The notes under the pieces are model-generated. The model was not told the DNA's origin and did no database searches. It saw nothing but the letters and a program-made list of their open reading frames with translations. Below, in pieces: positions 47,906 through 57,635 of a stretch of 64,000 nt of DNA. The DNA is from an uncultured Bacteroidota bacterium (lineage in GTDB: Bacteria > Bacteroidota > Bacteroidia > Flavobacteriales > Flavobacteriaceae): the NCBI GenBank assembly GCA_902511755.1, contig CABXGL010000002.1:1973-65972 (forward strand), read 5' to 3'. Position 1 is the first letter of the stretch. Each line of letters opens with the position of its first letter. Position numbers and translations under genes: made by a program.

Positions 47906-48772
47906 GTGGAAACAAAAGAACTTTTAAAAAAAGTAAGGAAAATTGAAATTAAGACAAGAAGGCTAAGCAATAATATTTTTGGAGGAGAGTATCATAGTGC
48001 CTTTAAGGGGAGAGGGATGACTTTTAGTGAAGTTAGAAATTATCAATTTGGAGATGATGTTCGTACAATTGATTGGAATGTAACGGCAAGGTATAATGAG
48101 CCTTTTATAAAAGTTTTTGAAGAAGAAAGAGAATTAACTCTCATGTTACTTGTTGACATAAGCGGATCTGAATTATTTGGGACAGATAATGCTTTGAAGA
48201 AAAATATTGTAACAGAAATTTCGGCAACCCTAGCTTTTTCAGCACTTCAAAACAATGATAAGGTAGGATTAATCCTTTTTTCTGAGAACATTGAATTATA
48301 CATCCCTCCAAGTAAAGGAAAAACACATGTTTTAAGAATTATTAGGGAGTTAATTGAATTTAAGCCTTCTAGTAAAAAAACAAATATTTCTAAAGCTTTA
48401 GAGTTTTTAATAGGGGTGATTAAAAAGAAGTCAATTGCTTTTATTTTATCCGATTTTATAGCTGATAATTATGAGAAGACGTTAAAAATAGCTGCTAATA
48501 AACATGATGTCACAGGAATAAGAATTTATGATAAAATGGAAGAAAGAATTCCTAATTTAGGGATTGTTCCAATGTATGACCAAGAGACAGAAGAAATAAA
48601 ATTAATTGACACTTCATCCTCAACTCTACGTGAAAAATACGAGTCTTTTAATATGAATAATTATAATAGGTTTAGCCAATTATTTACAAAAAATGGAGCA
48701 GGTATTTTAAGCTGTAGAACTGATCAAAGCTATGTAAAAAAATTACTTAATTATTTTAAAACTCGTGGATAA
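47906..48772 (+). CDS. DUF58 domain protein (MoxR-associated, VWA-like)
   Basis: 288 aa with a GTG start. Motifs are GEYHSAFKGRGMTFSEVRNYQFGDDVRTIDWNVTAR and LLVDISGS. Confidence 0.9.
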   Translation: METKELLKKVRKIEIKTRRLSNNIFGGEYHSAFKGRGMTFSEVRNYQFGDDVRTIDWNVTARYNEPFIKVFEEERELTLMLLVDISGSELFGTDNALKKNIVTEISATLAFSALQNNDKVGLILFSENIELYIPPSKGKTHVLRIIRELIEFKPSSKKTNISKALEFLIGVIKKKSIAFILSDFIADNYEKTLKIAANKHDVTGIRIYDKMEERIPNLGIVPMYDQETEEIKLIDTSSSTLREKYESFNMNNYNRFSQLFTKNGAGILSCRTDQSYVKKLLNYFKTRG

Positions 48773-50345
48773 AATTAATACAATTCTTCTTGTTTTTCTT
48801 TGTGTAAGTTTTCAAATTTTTTCACAACAAAACCCAGTATTGATTTCAGAAGTTGATACAACTAATATTAAGGTTGGTGAACAAATTAATTATAAAATTC
48901 AAATAAATTTAGATACAATTGTAGATGTTAAATGGGGAGAAAACAAGTTTTCATCTCCATTTGAAATAATAGAGGAATTTGAAATTGACACAATAAATGG
49001 AGAAACTATAAAATTTGTAAAAAATTTTTCAATCACAAGCTTTGAGCCAGGAGTTTTCTTGTTAAAGCCTCCTAAAATATTAGTTGATAATATTCTACAA
49101 CATTCCGACTCTATATTAATCGAGGTTTTAAATGTAAAAGTAGATACAGTAAGTAAAATTTTTTTTGACATTAAGAACATTATAGCAGTTAAGAAAAACA
49201 ATGATGGTTGGTGGAAAATATATTTAGCTATAATAGGAATATTTATTCTGATTTATTTAGGCTATAGGCTTTATCTGAAAATATTAAATTCCAATAAAGA
49301 AGAAGAAAAATTACCCATTCCGATAGAAAAAGCAATTACTGCATTAAAACTTTTAGAGGCAAAAAACCTCAGAGAACAATTAGACTACAAAGATTATTAT
49401 TCTAAGCTTACAGATATTGTAAAGAATTATTTAGAAGAGGATGTCAGTTTAGATGCCTTAGAAAGTACAACAGATGAATTGATTAACAAGTTAGAGCTAT
49501 TGAAAGATTCAGGCAAACTCTCATTAAATCAAGAAACTATAGAAAAATTTAAAAGTGTATTAAAAACAGCAGATTTAGTAAAGTTTGCTAAATCAAATCC
49601 AGGAGTTGAAATGGCATCTCATGATAAAAAGATTTTAGAAAAAGTCCTCTTAGACACTAAGGATGCAATACCTGAACCAACTGAGGAAGAATTGTTAAAA
49701 AGCAAAGAATATTTAGAAATGATAAAAAAAGAAAAGAGAAAAAAAATTGTAAAAAAAGTTTTTTTAGGACTTTTATTCTCAATCATAATAACTTTTATTT
49801 TGTCTATTTCTGTTTTTGGATGGAAAAATGTTTCCGATACATTAATTGGGACGCCAACGAAATCAATTTTAAATAAGACCTGGGTAGAGAGCACTTATGG
49901 CGCGCATCCAATTATAATTTCAACACCAAATGTTTTAAAAAGAAATATATCAGAGGGAATAAATCAAATTTTTCAATGGGGCTCTATTGAAGAGACAGTT
50001 TTTATTTCTATTAATATTATTTCAGACAATGAAAAGACTGATCAACAGGATATACAATCAGTAATTGATGAATTGATTTTAGAATTAAAGGATAAAGGAG
50101 CTGCAAATATTTTGACCAAACAACAAAGTATTTTTATAGATCAAGGCCAGCCTGCATTTAAAATGTTTGGTTCATTTGACTATTTAGATCAAGATGGTAG
50201 CCAAATAAAAAAGGAATATGTTAGCTTAAAGTTTCAAGAAAATAATGGCAAGCAAAAAGTTTTAATGATTTTTAATAGGGATGATTCATATGCTAAACAA
50301 ATAGCAGAAAAAGTAGAAAAGTCAATAATATTTAAAATTGAATAA
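48765..50345 (+). CDS. Bat-operon membrane protein, composite (BatD-like N-terminal region plus DUF4381-like segment plus unassigned C-terminal domain)
   Basis: 526 aa with a signal sequence. A TM segment lies near aa 150-170 (WWKIYLAIIGIFILIYLGY). After it comes a DUF4381-like helical segment ending in ADLVKFAKSNP. A second TM lies near aa 335-355. About 170 aa of unassigned C-terminal sequence follow. The gene sits between DUF58 and batA. Confidence 0.55.
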   Translation: MDKINTILLVFLCVSFQIFSQQNPVLISEVDTTNIKVGEQINYKIQINLDTIVDVKWGENKFSSPFEIIEEFEIDTINGETIKFVKNFSITSFEPGVFLLKPPKILVDNILQHSDSILIEVLNVKVDTVSKIFFDIKNIIAVKKNNDGWWKIYLAIIGIFILIYLGYRLYLKILNSNKEEEKLPIPIEKAITALKLLEAKNLREQLDYKDYYSKLTDIVKNYLEEDVSLDALESTTDELINKLELLKDSGKLSLNQETIEKFKSVLKTADLVKFAKSNPGVEMASHDKKILEKVLLDTKDAIPEPTEEELLKSKEYLEMIKKEKRKKIVKKVFLGLLFSIIITFILSISVFGWKNVSDTLIGTPTKSILNKTWVESTYGAHPIIISTPNVLKRNISEGINQIFQWGSIEETVFISINIISDNEKTDQQDIQSVIDELILELKDKGAANILTKQQSIFIDQGQPAFKMFGSFDYLDQDGSQIKKEYVSLKFQENNGKQKVLMIFNRDDSYAKQIAEKVEKSIIFKIE

Positions 50346-50346
50346 A

Positions 50347-51348
50347 ATGTTTGAAAATTTGACATTTAATAATCCTGAATTTTTATGGCTTTTAATTTTA
50401 TTGCCATTTTTCTTCTTTTGGAACTATAATTTCAATAAGTTAAAATCATCATCGCTTAAGATTTCGTCTATTAAAGGGTTTAATTATAAAAGCATAAAAA
50501 TTAAAATTTTACCAATTTTAGATGTTTTAAGATATATAGCTATTATAATGTTAATAGTTGCTATTTCAAGACCTCAAATTATAGATGTTTCAACTCAAAC
50601 AAAAACAAGTAAGGGAATAGATATTGTTATTGCTGTTGATGTTTCATCGAGTATGTTGGCGCAAGATCTAAAACCAAACAGATTGGATGCCTTGAAGTCT
50701 GTAGCTAAAGAGTTTATAAATGACAGAGTTAGCGACAGGATAGGGATAGTAGTATATGCTGGAGAAAGCTATACAAAAACTCCTGTTACTTCTGATAAAG
50801 CAGTAATTGTTAGATCTTTAGATGAAATAAAATTTGATGGAATTATTGAAGACGGGACAGCAATTGGTATGGGTTTAGCTACGGCTGTAAACAGGTTAAA
50901 AGATAGCAAGGCTAAAAGTAAAGTAATTATATTGTTAACAGATGGAGTTAATAATGCAGGCTTTATAGATCCTAATACAGCTGCTGATCTTGCCTTATCT
51001 TTTGGAATAAAAACATATACAATAGGCTTAGGCAGCAATGGAAATGCATTAGCGCCAATTGCAATCAATCCAAATGGAACTTTTAGATTTGGATTAACAA
51101 AAGTTGAAATTGATGAAAAGTTATTAGAATCAATCGCAAAACAAACGGGAGGTCTTTATTTTAGAGCAACCGATAATGAAAAATTAAAGGATATATATCA
51201 AGAAATTAATAAGCTTGAAAAAACAGAAGTAGAAGAATTTAAATATTCAAATGCTCAAGAAATGTACAGGTTTTTTGTTTTAATATCTTTCTCACTTGTT
51301 TTTTTAGAGTGGGTACTCAGATCAAGTATTTTTAAAAGTTTTATTTAA
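50347..51348 (+). CDS. batA: VWA domain-containing protein BatA
   Basis: The N-terminus is MFENLTFNNPEFLWLLILLP, and the MIDAS motif is DVSSSM. There is a C-terminal TM segment. I prefer the ATG at 50347, 2 nt after the upstream stop, over the ORF-track TTG at 50338. Confidence 0.88.
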   Translation: MFENLTFNNPEFLWLLILLPFFFFWNYNFNKLKSSSLKISSIKGFNYKSIKIKILPILDVLRYIAIIMLIVAISRPQIIDVSTQTKTSKGIDIVIAVDVSSSMLAQDLKPNRLDALKSVAKEFINDRVSDRIGIVVYAGESYTKTPVTSDKAVIVRSLDEIKFDGIIEDGTAIGMGLATAVNRLKDSKAKSKVIILLTDGVNNAGFIDPNTAADLALSFGIKTYTIGLGSNGNALAPIAINPNGTFRFGLTKVEIDEKLLESIAKQTGGLYFRATDNEKLKDIYQEINKLEKTEVEEFKYSNAQEMYRFFVLISFSLVFLEWVLRSSIFKSFI

Positions 51349-52389
51349 ATGTATCAGCTAGAAGAATCTATATATTTTTATTTTTTATTGGTAATCCCAG
51401 TATTAATTATTGGGTTCATTTCTTTAAATAGTTGGAAAAAGCGAATTCAAAAACAACATATTTCAATCCATTTATTTAAAGATTTAAGCCCTCAAGCTTC
51501 TCAATTTAAACCTAAACTAAAATTGGTTTTATTACTAATTGTATTTATGTTTCTTTCAATTGCGCTAGTTAATCCTAAGATTGGAACTCAACTTAAAACA
51601 GTTAAAAGAGAAGGAGTAGATATAGTTTTTGCTATAGATGTTTCTAAAAGTATGTTAGCTGAGGATATAGCACCAAATAGACTTGAAAAAGCTAAAAGGT
51701 TAGTTTCACAAACAATTAATGAGTTAAATTCTGATAGAGTAGGGATCATTGCTTATGCAGCATCTGCTTTGCCAATTTTACCGATAACTACTGATTATTC
51801 AACGGCACGAATGTTTTTACAAAGTTTGAATTCAGATATGCTTTCATCTCAAGGAACAGCCATAATAGAAGCTGTTAAATTAGCTAAAGATTATTATGAT
51901 GATGAAAATCAGACAAATAGAGTCCTTTGTATTCTTTCAGATGGAGAGGATCATGAATTTGAAAATCAGGATATTCCTAGCATTGTTCAAGATATGGGAA
52001 TAACTATTTTTACAATAGGACTAGGCAGTCTTAAGGGAGCCCCAATTCCTATAAAATCTAATGGGGTTATAGAGTCATATAAAAAGAATTCTGAAGGCGA
52101 CGTTGTAATAACAAAGCTTGTGCCTGAACTTCTTCAAGAGATTGCACTCTCAAGTAATGGAATTTATATAAGCGGTGGGAATACCGAAGAAGTTGTGAAT
52201 GAAGTTATTGAGAAACTAAAAGAAATGGATAAAAAGGAATTTGAATCAAAACAATATGTAGCTTATAAAGATCAGTTTCAGTGGTTTTTAGGGTTTGCTC
52301 TATTTTTTTTATGTTTGGAATTGTTTGTTTTTGAAAAGAAAACGTTTTGGATAGAAAAATTAAATTTATTTAATGAAAAAAATGTTTAG
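51349..52389 (+). CDS. batB: VWA domain-containing protein BatB
   Basis: 346 aa with N-terminal TM segments, MIDAS motif DVSKSM, LSDGEDHE, and a C-terminal TM segment. Confidence 0.88.
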   Translation: MYQLEESIYFYFLLVIPVLIIGFISLNSWKKRIQKQHISIHLFKDLSPQASQFKPKLKLVLLLIVFMFLSIALVNPKIGTQLKTVKREGVDIVFAIDVSKSMLAEDIAPNRLEKAKRLVSQTINELNSDRVGIIAYAASALPILPITTDYSTARMFLQSLNSDMLSSQGTAIIEAVKLAKDYYDDENQTNRVLCILSDGEDHEFENQDIPSIVQDMGITIFTIGLGSLKGAPIPIKSNGVIESYKKNSEGDVVITKLVPELLQEIALSSNGIYISGGNTEEVVNEVIEKLKEMDKKEFESKQYVAYKDQFQWFLGFALFFLCLELFVFEKKTFWIEKLNLFNEKNV

Positions 52390-53136
52390 AATTCTTCTGT
52401 TTTTAATGATCTCATCAAATGTTGTATGTCAAGAAAAAGTTTTTGATAAAACATCAAATAATTTAACTCTTGACGGCAATGTAGAGTTCATAAATAAAAA
52501 TTTAATTGAGGCAGAATCATTGTATAGAGAAGCGATCTCACAAGACTCATTAAACAATATAGCTTCTTATAATATGGCTAATTCATTTTATAAAAGTGGG
52601 CTTAATATGGAAGCAGTTAATGAATATAAGTCTTCAATTTTGAAAGCAAAAAATAAAGGAGATCTACATAGAGCTTATCATAATTTAGGAGATGTTTATA
52701 TGCGCAATAAGGATTATCAAAATGCTGTTACTAGTTTTAAAAAAGCGCTACTTAACAATCCTTCTGATGATGAAACAAGATATAATTATGTATTGGCTAA
52801 GGAGTTACTTAAAAATGATCAAAAAAATAAAAACAAGAAGGATAAGAAGGATGACAAAAAAAATGATAAGAAAGATGACAAGAAGGATGACAAGAAAGAT
52901 GACAAGAAGGATGACAAGAAAGATGACAGAAAGATAAGAAGGATGACAAGAAAGATGACAAAAAAAATGACAAGAAAGATGACAAAAAACAAAACAAACC
53001 TCAACCAAATAAAATTTCTCCTGAACAGTTAAAGAATCTTTTAAAGGCGATGAATAATGAAGAGAAAAAAGTTCAAGAAAAGGTTAATAAAAATAAAGTG
53101 AAAGGCGTTCCAGTAAAAAACAAAAAGGATTGGTAA
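52373..53136 (+). pseudogene. batC: TPR protein BatC, interrupted by an apparent 1-nt frameshift at about 52928-52930 inside a KKDD repeat
   Basis: The first frame (52373..52927) encodes a signal peptide, the TPR region and KKDD repeats. The other frame, read from 52930 to the stop at 53134-53136, continues KDKKDD...KPQPNKISPEQLKNLLKAMNNEEKKVQEKV..., which resembles the conserved BatC C-terminus. It ends 4 nt before batD. Confidence 0.65.
52835..52989. repeat. Imperfect 12-nt tandem repeat aagaaRgatgac (about 12 units) encoding (KKDD)n, with two A8 runs
   Basis: Read directly from the sequence. The A8 runs lie at 52856-52863 and 52960-52967. All six frames stay open locally, which produces several artefactual ORFs in the track. 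Confidence 0.9.
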
Positions 53137-53140
53137 AATA

Positions 53141-54910
53141 ATGAGAATTAAGATTGCTTTTATATTATTATTTACTTGCGTAAATGTTTTTGCGCAAGAT
53201 AAAGAGATTAGCTTTATAACAGAGCTTAGTAAAAAAACTTTAGGCATTAATGAAAACTTAAGAGTTGATTTTAAAATGAATCAGGATGGAGACAACTTTA
53301 TTGCCCCTAGCTTTGAAGGATTTAGAGTTGTTGGAGGTCCCAATCAGTCTGTTAGTAATATGTGGGTAAATGGTAAAAGAACATTTTCTAAAATTTATTC
53401 ATATTACTTATCTCCATTAAAGACTGGGAGTTTATCAATTGGTCAGGCAACAATTGAGATTGATAATAAGATTTATAAAACAATTCCAGTTAAAGTTAAA
53501 GTTTCAGAATCAGTAAGTATAAAAAAAGATCCAAATGACGCCTCCTATGTAGTAAATGAAAATTTACACCTAGTAGCAGAAATTTCTAATAATAAACCAT
53601 ATTTAAATCAAGGGTTTTCAGTAGTATATAAACTATATTTTAGTCCGCAAATTAATGTTACGAATGTAGGAGAAATTGATAGTCCAGAGTATAATGATTT
53701 TTGGTCCCATAATATTAAAATTCCTAGACTTCAGATTCAAAGGGGAACCTTTAAAGGAGATAATTATAATTATGTTATCTGGAAAAAAATAGTTTTATAT
53801 CCACAAAAATCTGGGACATTGAGCATACTTCCGCTTACTTTAGATGTCTCTGTTGATGTTCCAACAAACAAAAGAGATTTTTTTGGAAACAGGATATATA
53901 CTCAAGTACCTAAGACTGTTACTGCAGGTAAAAGAGAAATTAATGTTTTGAATTTGCCAGGAAATGCCCCTGAAAATTTTAATGGAGCGGTTGGAGATTT
54001 TAATATCGAACTTAGTACTACTAAAAAAGAATTAAACGCTTCAGAATCTTTACAAGCAACTTTAAAAGTTAGTGGCTCAGGAAATTTAAAATTATTTTCA
54101 ATTCCTAGTTTGGTTACGCCTAGTTCCGTTGAAAAATATGATCCAGAATATAAGGAGAATGTTAAGACAAATATTACTGGAATGTATGGGAATATTTTAG
54201 ACACTTATACCTTGGTTCCACAATTTAAGGGAAAGTATCCTATTTCTCCCGTCGAATTTGTATTTTTTGATCCAAAGACTAGAGAATATAAATCTGTCTT
54301 TTCAAATGAAATTATGATAGATGTTTTAGAAGGGCCTGCATCTTATTCTTCAGATAATTCAAAACAAGTTTTATCAAATAATGCTATAAATAATATTTCT
54401 TTATTGAAAAGCCAATTTAAGTTTATTAAAACTAAATCAAATCTAATTTCATTAGAACCTTATAATTTTATCTACTCCACTCTATTTTATTTAGTAATCA
54501 TTCTTCCTTTTATAATGGTATTAGTAGTTATTATTTTTTTTAAGTCTAAGAAGAGTTCAGATTTGGATATAGAAGGCTATAAATCTAGAAGAGCTAATAA
54601 ATTGGCCAAAAAATATTTATCAGAAGCTAAAAAAAGTTTACAGAAGAAAGATGTGTTTTATGTTGCTTTAGAAAAAGCATTGCATAATTTCTTAAAATCA
54701 AAACTTTCAATTGAAACTTCTGATTATAGTAAAGAAAAAATTAAAAGGTTATTATTAAATAAAAATATTCAAAACGAATCTGTTGATTTGTTTATAATAT
54801 TAATTGAAAACTGTGAATTTGCTAGATACACTCCAACATCAAATGTTGGTATAAATAATGATTATGAGAATGCTGTAAAGGTAATAGCAGAAATCGATAA
54901 ACAAATATAA
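53141..54910 (+). CDS. batD: BatD (oxygen-tolerance family) protein
   Basis: 589 aa with a signal peptide and repeated Ig-like segments. A TM segment lies near aa 450-470, and the C-terminus has the motif NCEFARYTP. The operon position fits. Confidence 0.85.
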   Translation: MRIKIAFILLFTCVNVFAQDKEISFITELSKKTLGINENLRVDFKMNQDGDNFIAPSFEGFRVVGGPNQSVSNMWVNGKRTFSKIYSYYLSPLKTGSLSIGQATIEIDNKIYKTIPVKVKVSESVSIKKDPNDASYVVNENLHLVAEISNNKPYLNQGFSVVYKLYFSPQINVTNVGEIDSPEYNDFWSHNIKIPRLQIQRGTFKGDNYNYVIWKKIVLYPQKSGTLSILPLTLDVSVDVPTNKRDFFGNRIYTQVPKTVTAGKREINVLNLPGNAPENFNGAVGDFNIELSTTKKELNASESLQATLKVSGSGNLKLFSIPSLVTPSSVEKYDPEYKENVKTNITGMYGNILDTYTLVPQFKGKYPISPVEFVFFDPKTREYKSVFSNEIMIDVLEGPASYSSDNSKQVLSNNAINNISLLKSQFKFIKTKSNLISLEPYNFIYSTLFYLVIILPFIMVLVVIIFFKSKKSSDLDIEGYKSRRANKLAKKYLSEAKKSLQKKDVFYVALEKALHNFLKSKLSIETSDYSKEKIKRLLLNKNIQNESVDLFIILIENCEFARYTPTSNVGINNDYENAVKVIAEIDKQI

Positions 54911-54912
54911 TA

Positions 54913-55671
54913 ATGAAAAAAATTCTTTTATTAATTTATTTAATTTCTTCGGGATTCCTTTTCTCACAGTCTGAAAATGAAGAATATTTCAATTTAGGAA
55001 TAGAATTATACAATAATGGCAATTATAATGAAGCCATTATTAAGTTTAAGGAAATAATTGAAAAAGGGGAACATTCAGAAAACTTATATTTCAATTTAGG
55101 CAATGCTTATTATAAAGTTAATGATATACCAAACAGTATATTTTATTATGAAAAAGCATTAAAATTAAATCCAAAAAATAACGATGTATTAAATAACTTA
55201 GCCTTTTCTAAAAACATGTTGATAGATAATATAGAAAATTTGCCTAAAAATCAAGTTTCAGAATTCCTAAATTCTATTTCAGAAACTTTAAATGTAAACC
55301 AGTGGTTAACTTTAGGAATTACATTTTTATATCTTTTTTTAATAACATTTATATTGTATTTTTTTAGCACTAAAAGCGCTTTAAAAAAGAATTATTTTAT
55401 AGTTTTTTCTATATTATTTTTTCTTTTCTTCAGTTCTATTTTTGTTGGGCTAAATAAATTTGAAAAACAAAAATCTGATATTGAAGCAATAATCTTTGAG
55501 AATAAAATTGATTTTAGAACAGAGCCAAATTATAGAAGTGAGATTCTATTTAATTTACATGAAGGGACAAAAGTTGTTATAAAAGAGGAATTGAATGATT
55601 GGGCTTTAGTAGAAATTGCTGACGGGAATAAAGGATGGATAGAACTCCAATCAATTAAAAAAATTTATTGA
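54913..55671 (+). CDS. batE: BatE-like TPR plus SH3b domain membrane protein
   Basis: 252 aa with TPR repeats (YFNLGNAYYKVNDIPNSIFYYEKALKLNPKN), two TM segments, and a C-terminal SH3-like region (GTKVVIKEELNDWALVEIADGNKGWI). Confidence 0.8.
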   Translation: MKKILLLIYLISSGFLFSQSENEEYFNLGIELYNNGNYNEAIIKFKEIIEKGEHSENLYFNLGNAYYKVNDIPNSIFYYEKALKLNPKNNDVLNNLAFSKNMLIDNIENLPKNQVSEFLNSISETLNVNQWLTLGITFLYLFLITFILYFFSTKSALKKNYFIVFSILFFLFFSSIFVGLNKFEKQKSDIEAIIFENKIDFRTEPNYRSEILFNLHEGTKVVIKEELNDWALVEIADGNKGWIELQSIKKIY

Positions 55672-56172
55672 TTCTTTATCAGAATTAAGAATGCTTAATA
55701 ACCAATTCCCTAGGTCAATAATCTGATTATATAAAAAAGAAGATTCAGCAAATGAATCATCAACTAAAAAAAGTGTAGAGTTTATATTTTCAAAAAACAC
55801 ACAGCAAACAGAAAGTATTAAGACAAATTTAATTACTCCAAAGAGACCTCCTAAAATCTTATTTATAAATCCTAGAAACACCATTTTAAGGATTTTAGTT
55901 AGAGCTTTTCCAACAAGTGAAATAAGTACAATTATTAGCAAAAAAGTAAAAGCAAATGAAGCTATTTTTAAATAATTTTCATCTACACTTTCAATTATTT
56001 CAGGAGATCTATTAGAAATAAAAGTAAGAGTAAAATCAGAAAATTTAATAGACCCATAAACGCCTAATAATAGAGCAATTATTGAAGAAAGCTCCATCAC
56101 TAAACCTTTTAAATATCCACGGCTAAATCCAAAAACTAAAACACAAGTAATAAAAATATCTAAGTAATTCAA
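55651..56172 (-). CDS. cvpA: CvpA-family membrane protein
   Basis: 173 aa. The N-terminus is MNYLDIFITCVLVFGFSRGYLKGLV, and there are four TM segments. Confidence 0.8.
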   Translation of the reverse strand: MNYLDIFITCVLVFGFSRGYLKGLVMELSSIIALLLGVYGSIKFSDFTLTFISNRSPEIIESVDENYLKIASFAFTFLLIIVLISLVGKALTKILKMVFLGFINKILGGLFGVIKFVLILSVCCVFFENINSTLFLVDDSFAESSFLYNQIIDLGNWLLSILNSDKESINFFN

Positions 56173-56224
56173 CTTTTTTTTACAAATATAAGTATATTGT
56201 TTCCTTAGTAATACAGTTTTTATA

Positions 56225-56581
56225 ATGCTTGATCAAAGAACAACGAAAACAAGATGGAATGAGTTGGTAAACTTTTTAAGTAAAAAATTTAATAATGGCC
56301 AAACCTTAGAAATGGAGGGGATAATATATTTAATAGGAATTCAAGAATTAGGAAAGACAGAACTCAGATTTAGAAAAGATCAAAAAATTGATCTTATGCA
56401 CATTGCTATATGCAGGCTTTTAGAACCATTTGGTTATTACCAATTTGAGTATATAGATAAGTCGGGATGGCCACATTATAAAAATTTAATGAAGCTCCCA
56501 AATTTAAAATCAGGTGAACAGACTATTTTAATGAAAGAGGCTATCATAAATTATTTTATAAAAAAACAATTAATAGAATAG
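56225..56581 (+). CDS. Hypothetical protein (no family recognised)
   Basis: A clean 118-aa ORF in its own 450-bp slot upstream of pheS, with non-repetitive soluble-protein composition. No motif was recognised. Confidence 0.55.
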   Translation: MLDQRTTKTRWNELVNFLSKKFNNGQTLEMEGIIYLIGIQELGKTELRFRKDQKIDLMHIAICRLLEPFGYYQFEYIDKSGWPHYKNLMKLPNLKSGEQTILMKEAIINYFIKKQLIE

Positions 56582-56615
56582 TTAAAACCTTATTTTTGTA
56601 TTATAATTTTTATTC

Positions 56616-57635
56616 ATGATATCTGAAATTGAAAAAAGAATTAAAGAGGCTTCTTCTTTTAAATCCAAAGATCCTAAGGAAATTGAAAAGTTTAGACTGA
56701 AGTTTTTAGGAAAGAAAGGCCATATAAGTTATTTCTTTTCTGAATTCAAAAAAGTTAAGGAGTCAGATAAAAAATCTTATGGGCTAGCAATAAATGAATT
56801 AAAAAAAATTACTATAGCAAAATTAGAAGAATCTAAAATCAAAGAAATTTCAAACGGAAAAACTAATTCAAAATTTGAAGACTTAACAAGACCAGTTTCA
56901 ACATTTGAATTAGGGTCTAGACATCCTATATCAATAATTAGAGACAAAATAATAGACATTTTTTATAAAATTGGATTTAATATTTCTGAAGGACCAGAGA
57001 TAGAAGATGATTGGCATAATTTTACTGCATTAAATCTGCCTGAACATCATCCAGCTAGAGACATGCAAGACACCTTTTTTATAAACAAAGACCCAGACCT
57101 TTTATTAAGAACACATACTTCATCTGTTCAGATTCGTCATATGCAAAAGAATGACCCTCCGATTAGAACAATTTCACCAGGAAGAGTTTATAGAAATGAA
57201 GATATTTCAGCGAGGTCTAATTGTTTTTTTCATCAAATAGAAGGCCTATATATTGATAAAAATGTTTCCTTTTCTGATTTGAAACAAACTCTTGTTTTTT
57301 TTACTAAAGAACTTTTTGGAAAATCTAAAATAAGATTAAGACCATCGTATTTCCCTTTTACTGAACCTAGTGCTGAACTAGATATATACTGGGGATTAAA
57401 TTCAGAAACGGATTATAGAATTACTAAAGGAACAGGATGGCTAGAAATTATGGGTTGTGGAATGGTAGATCCAAATGTTTTAGAAAACTGTAAGATTGAC
57501 TCTAATGAATTTTCAGGATTTGCATTTGGAATGGGAATAGAAAGAATAACAATGTTATTATATCAAATAGATGATATTAGAATTCTTTATGAAAATGATA
57601 GTAGATTCTTAAGTCAGTTTAAGGATTCAATTTAG
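56616..57635 (+). CDS. pheS: Phenylalanine--tRNA ligase alpha subunit
   Basis: 339 aa with [21 protein letters not shown] and [14 protein letters not shown]. Confidence 0.97.
   Translation: MISEIEKRIKEASSFKSKDPKEIEKFRLKFLGKKGHISYFFSEFKKVKESDKKSYGLAINELKKITIAKLEESKIKEISNGKTNSKFEDLTRPVSTFELGSRHPISIIRDKIIDIFYKIGFNISEGPEIEDDWHNFTALNLPEHHPARDMQDTFFINKDPDLLLRTHTSSVQIRHMQKNDPPIRTISPGRVYRNEDISARSNCFFHQIEGLYIDKNVSFSDLKQTLVFFTKELFGKSKIRLRPSYFPFTEPSAELDIYWGLNSETDYRITKGTGWLEIMGCGMVDPNVLENCKIDSNEFSGFAFGMGIERITMLLYQIDDIRILYENDSRFLSQFKDSI

Noticed and set aside
52692-53008. Four extra ORFs over the KKDD repeat: 52692..52937 on the plus strand, and 52805..53008, 52809..52997 and 52819..53004 on the minus strand
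   Set aside because: They are artefacts of a 12-nt tandem repeat that lacks stop codons in several frames. Their translations are pure repeat read-outs (RRMTRKMT, FLSS, LVIF).
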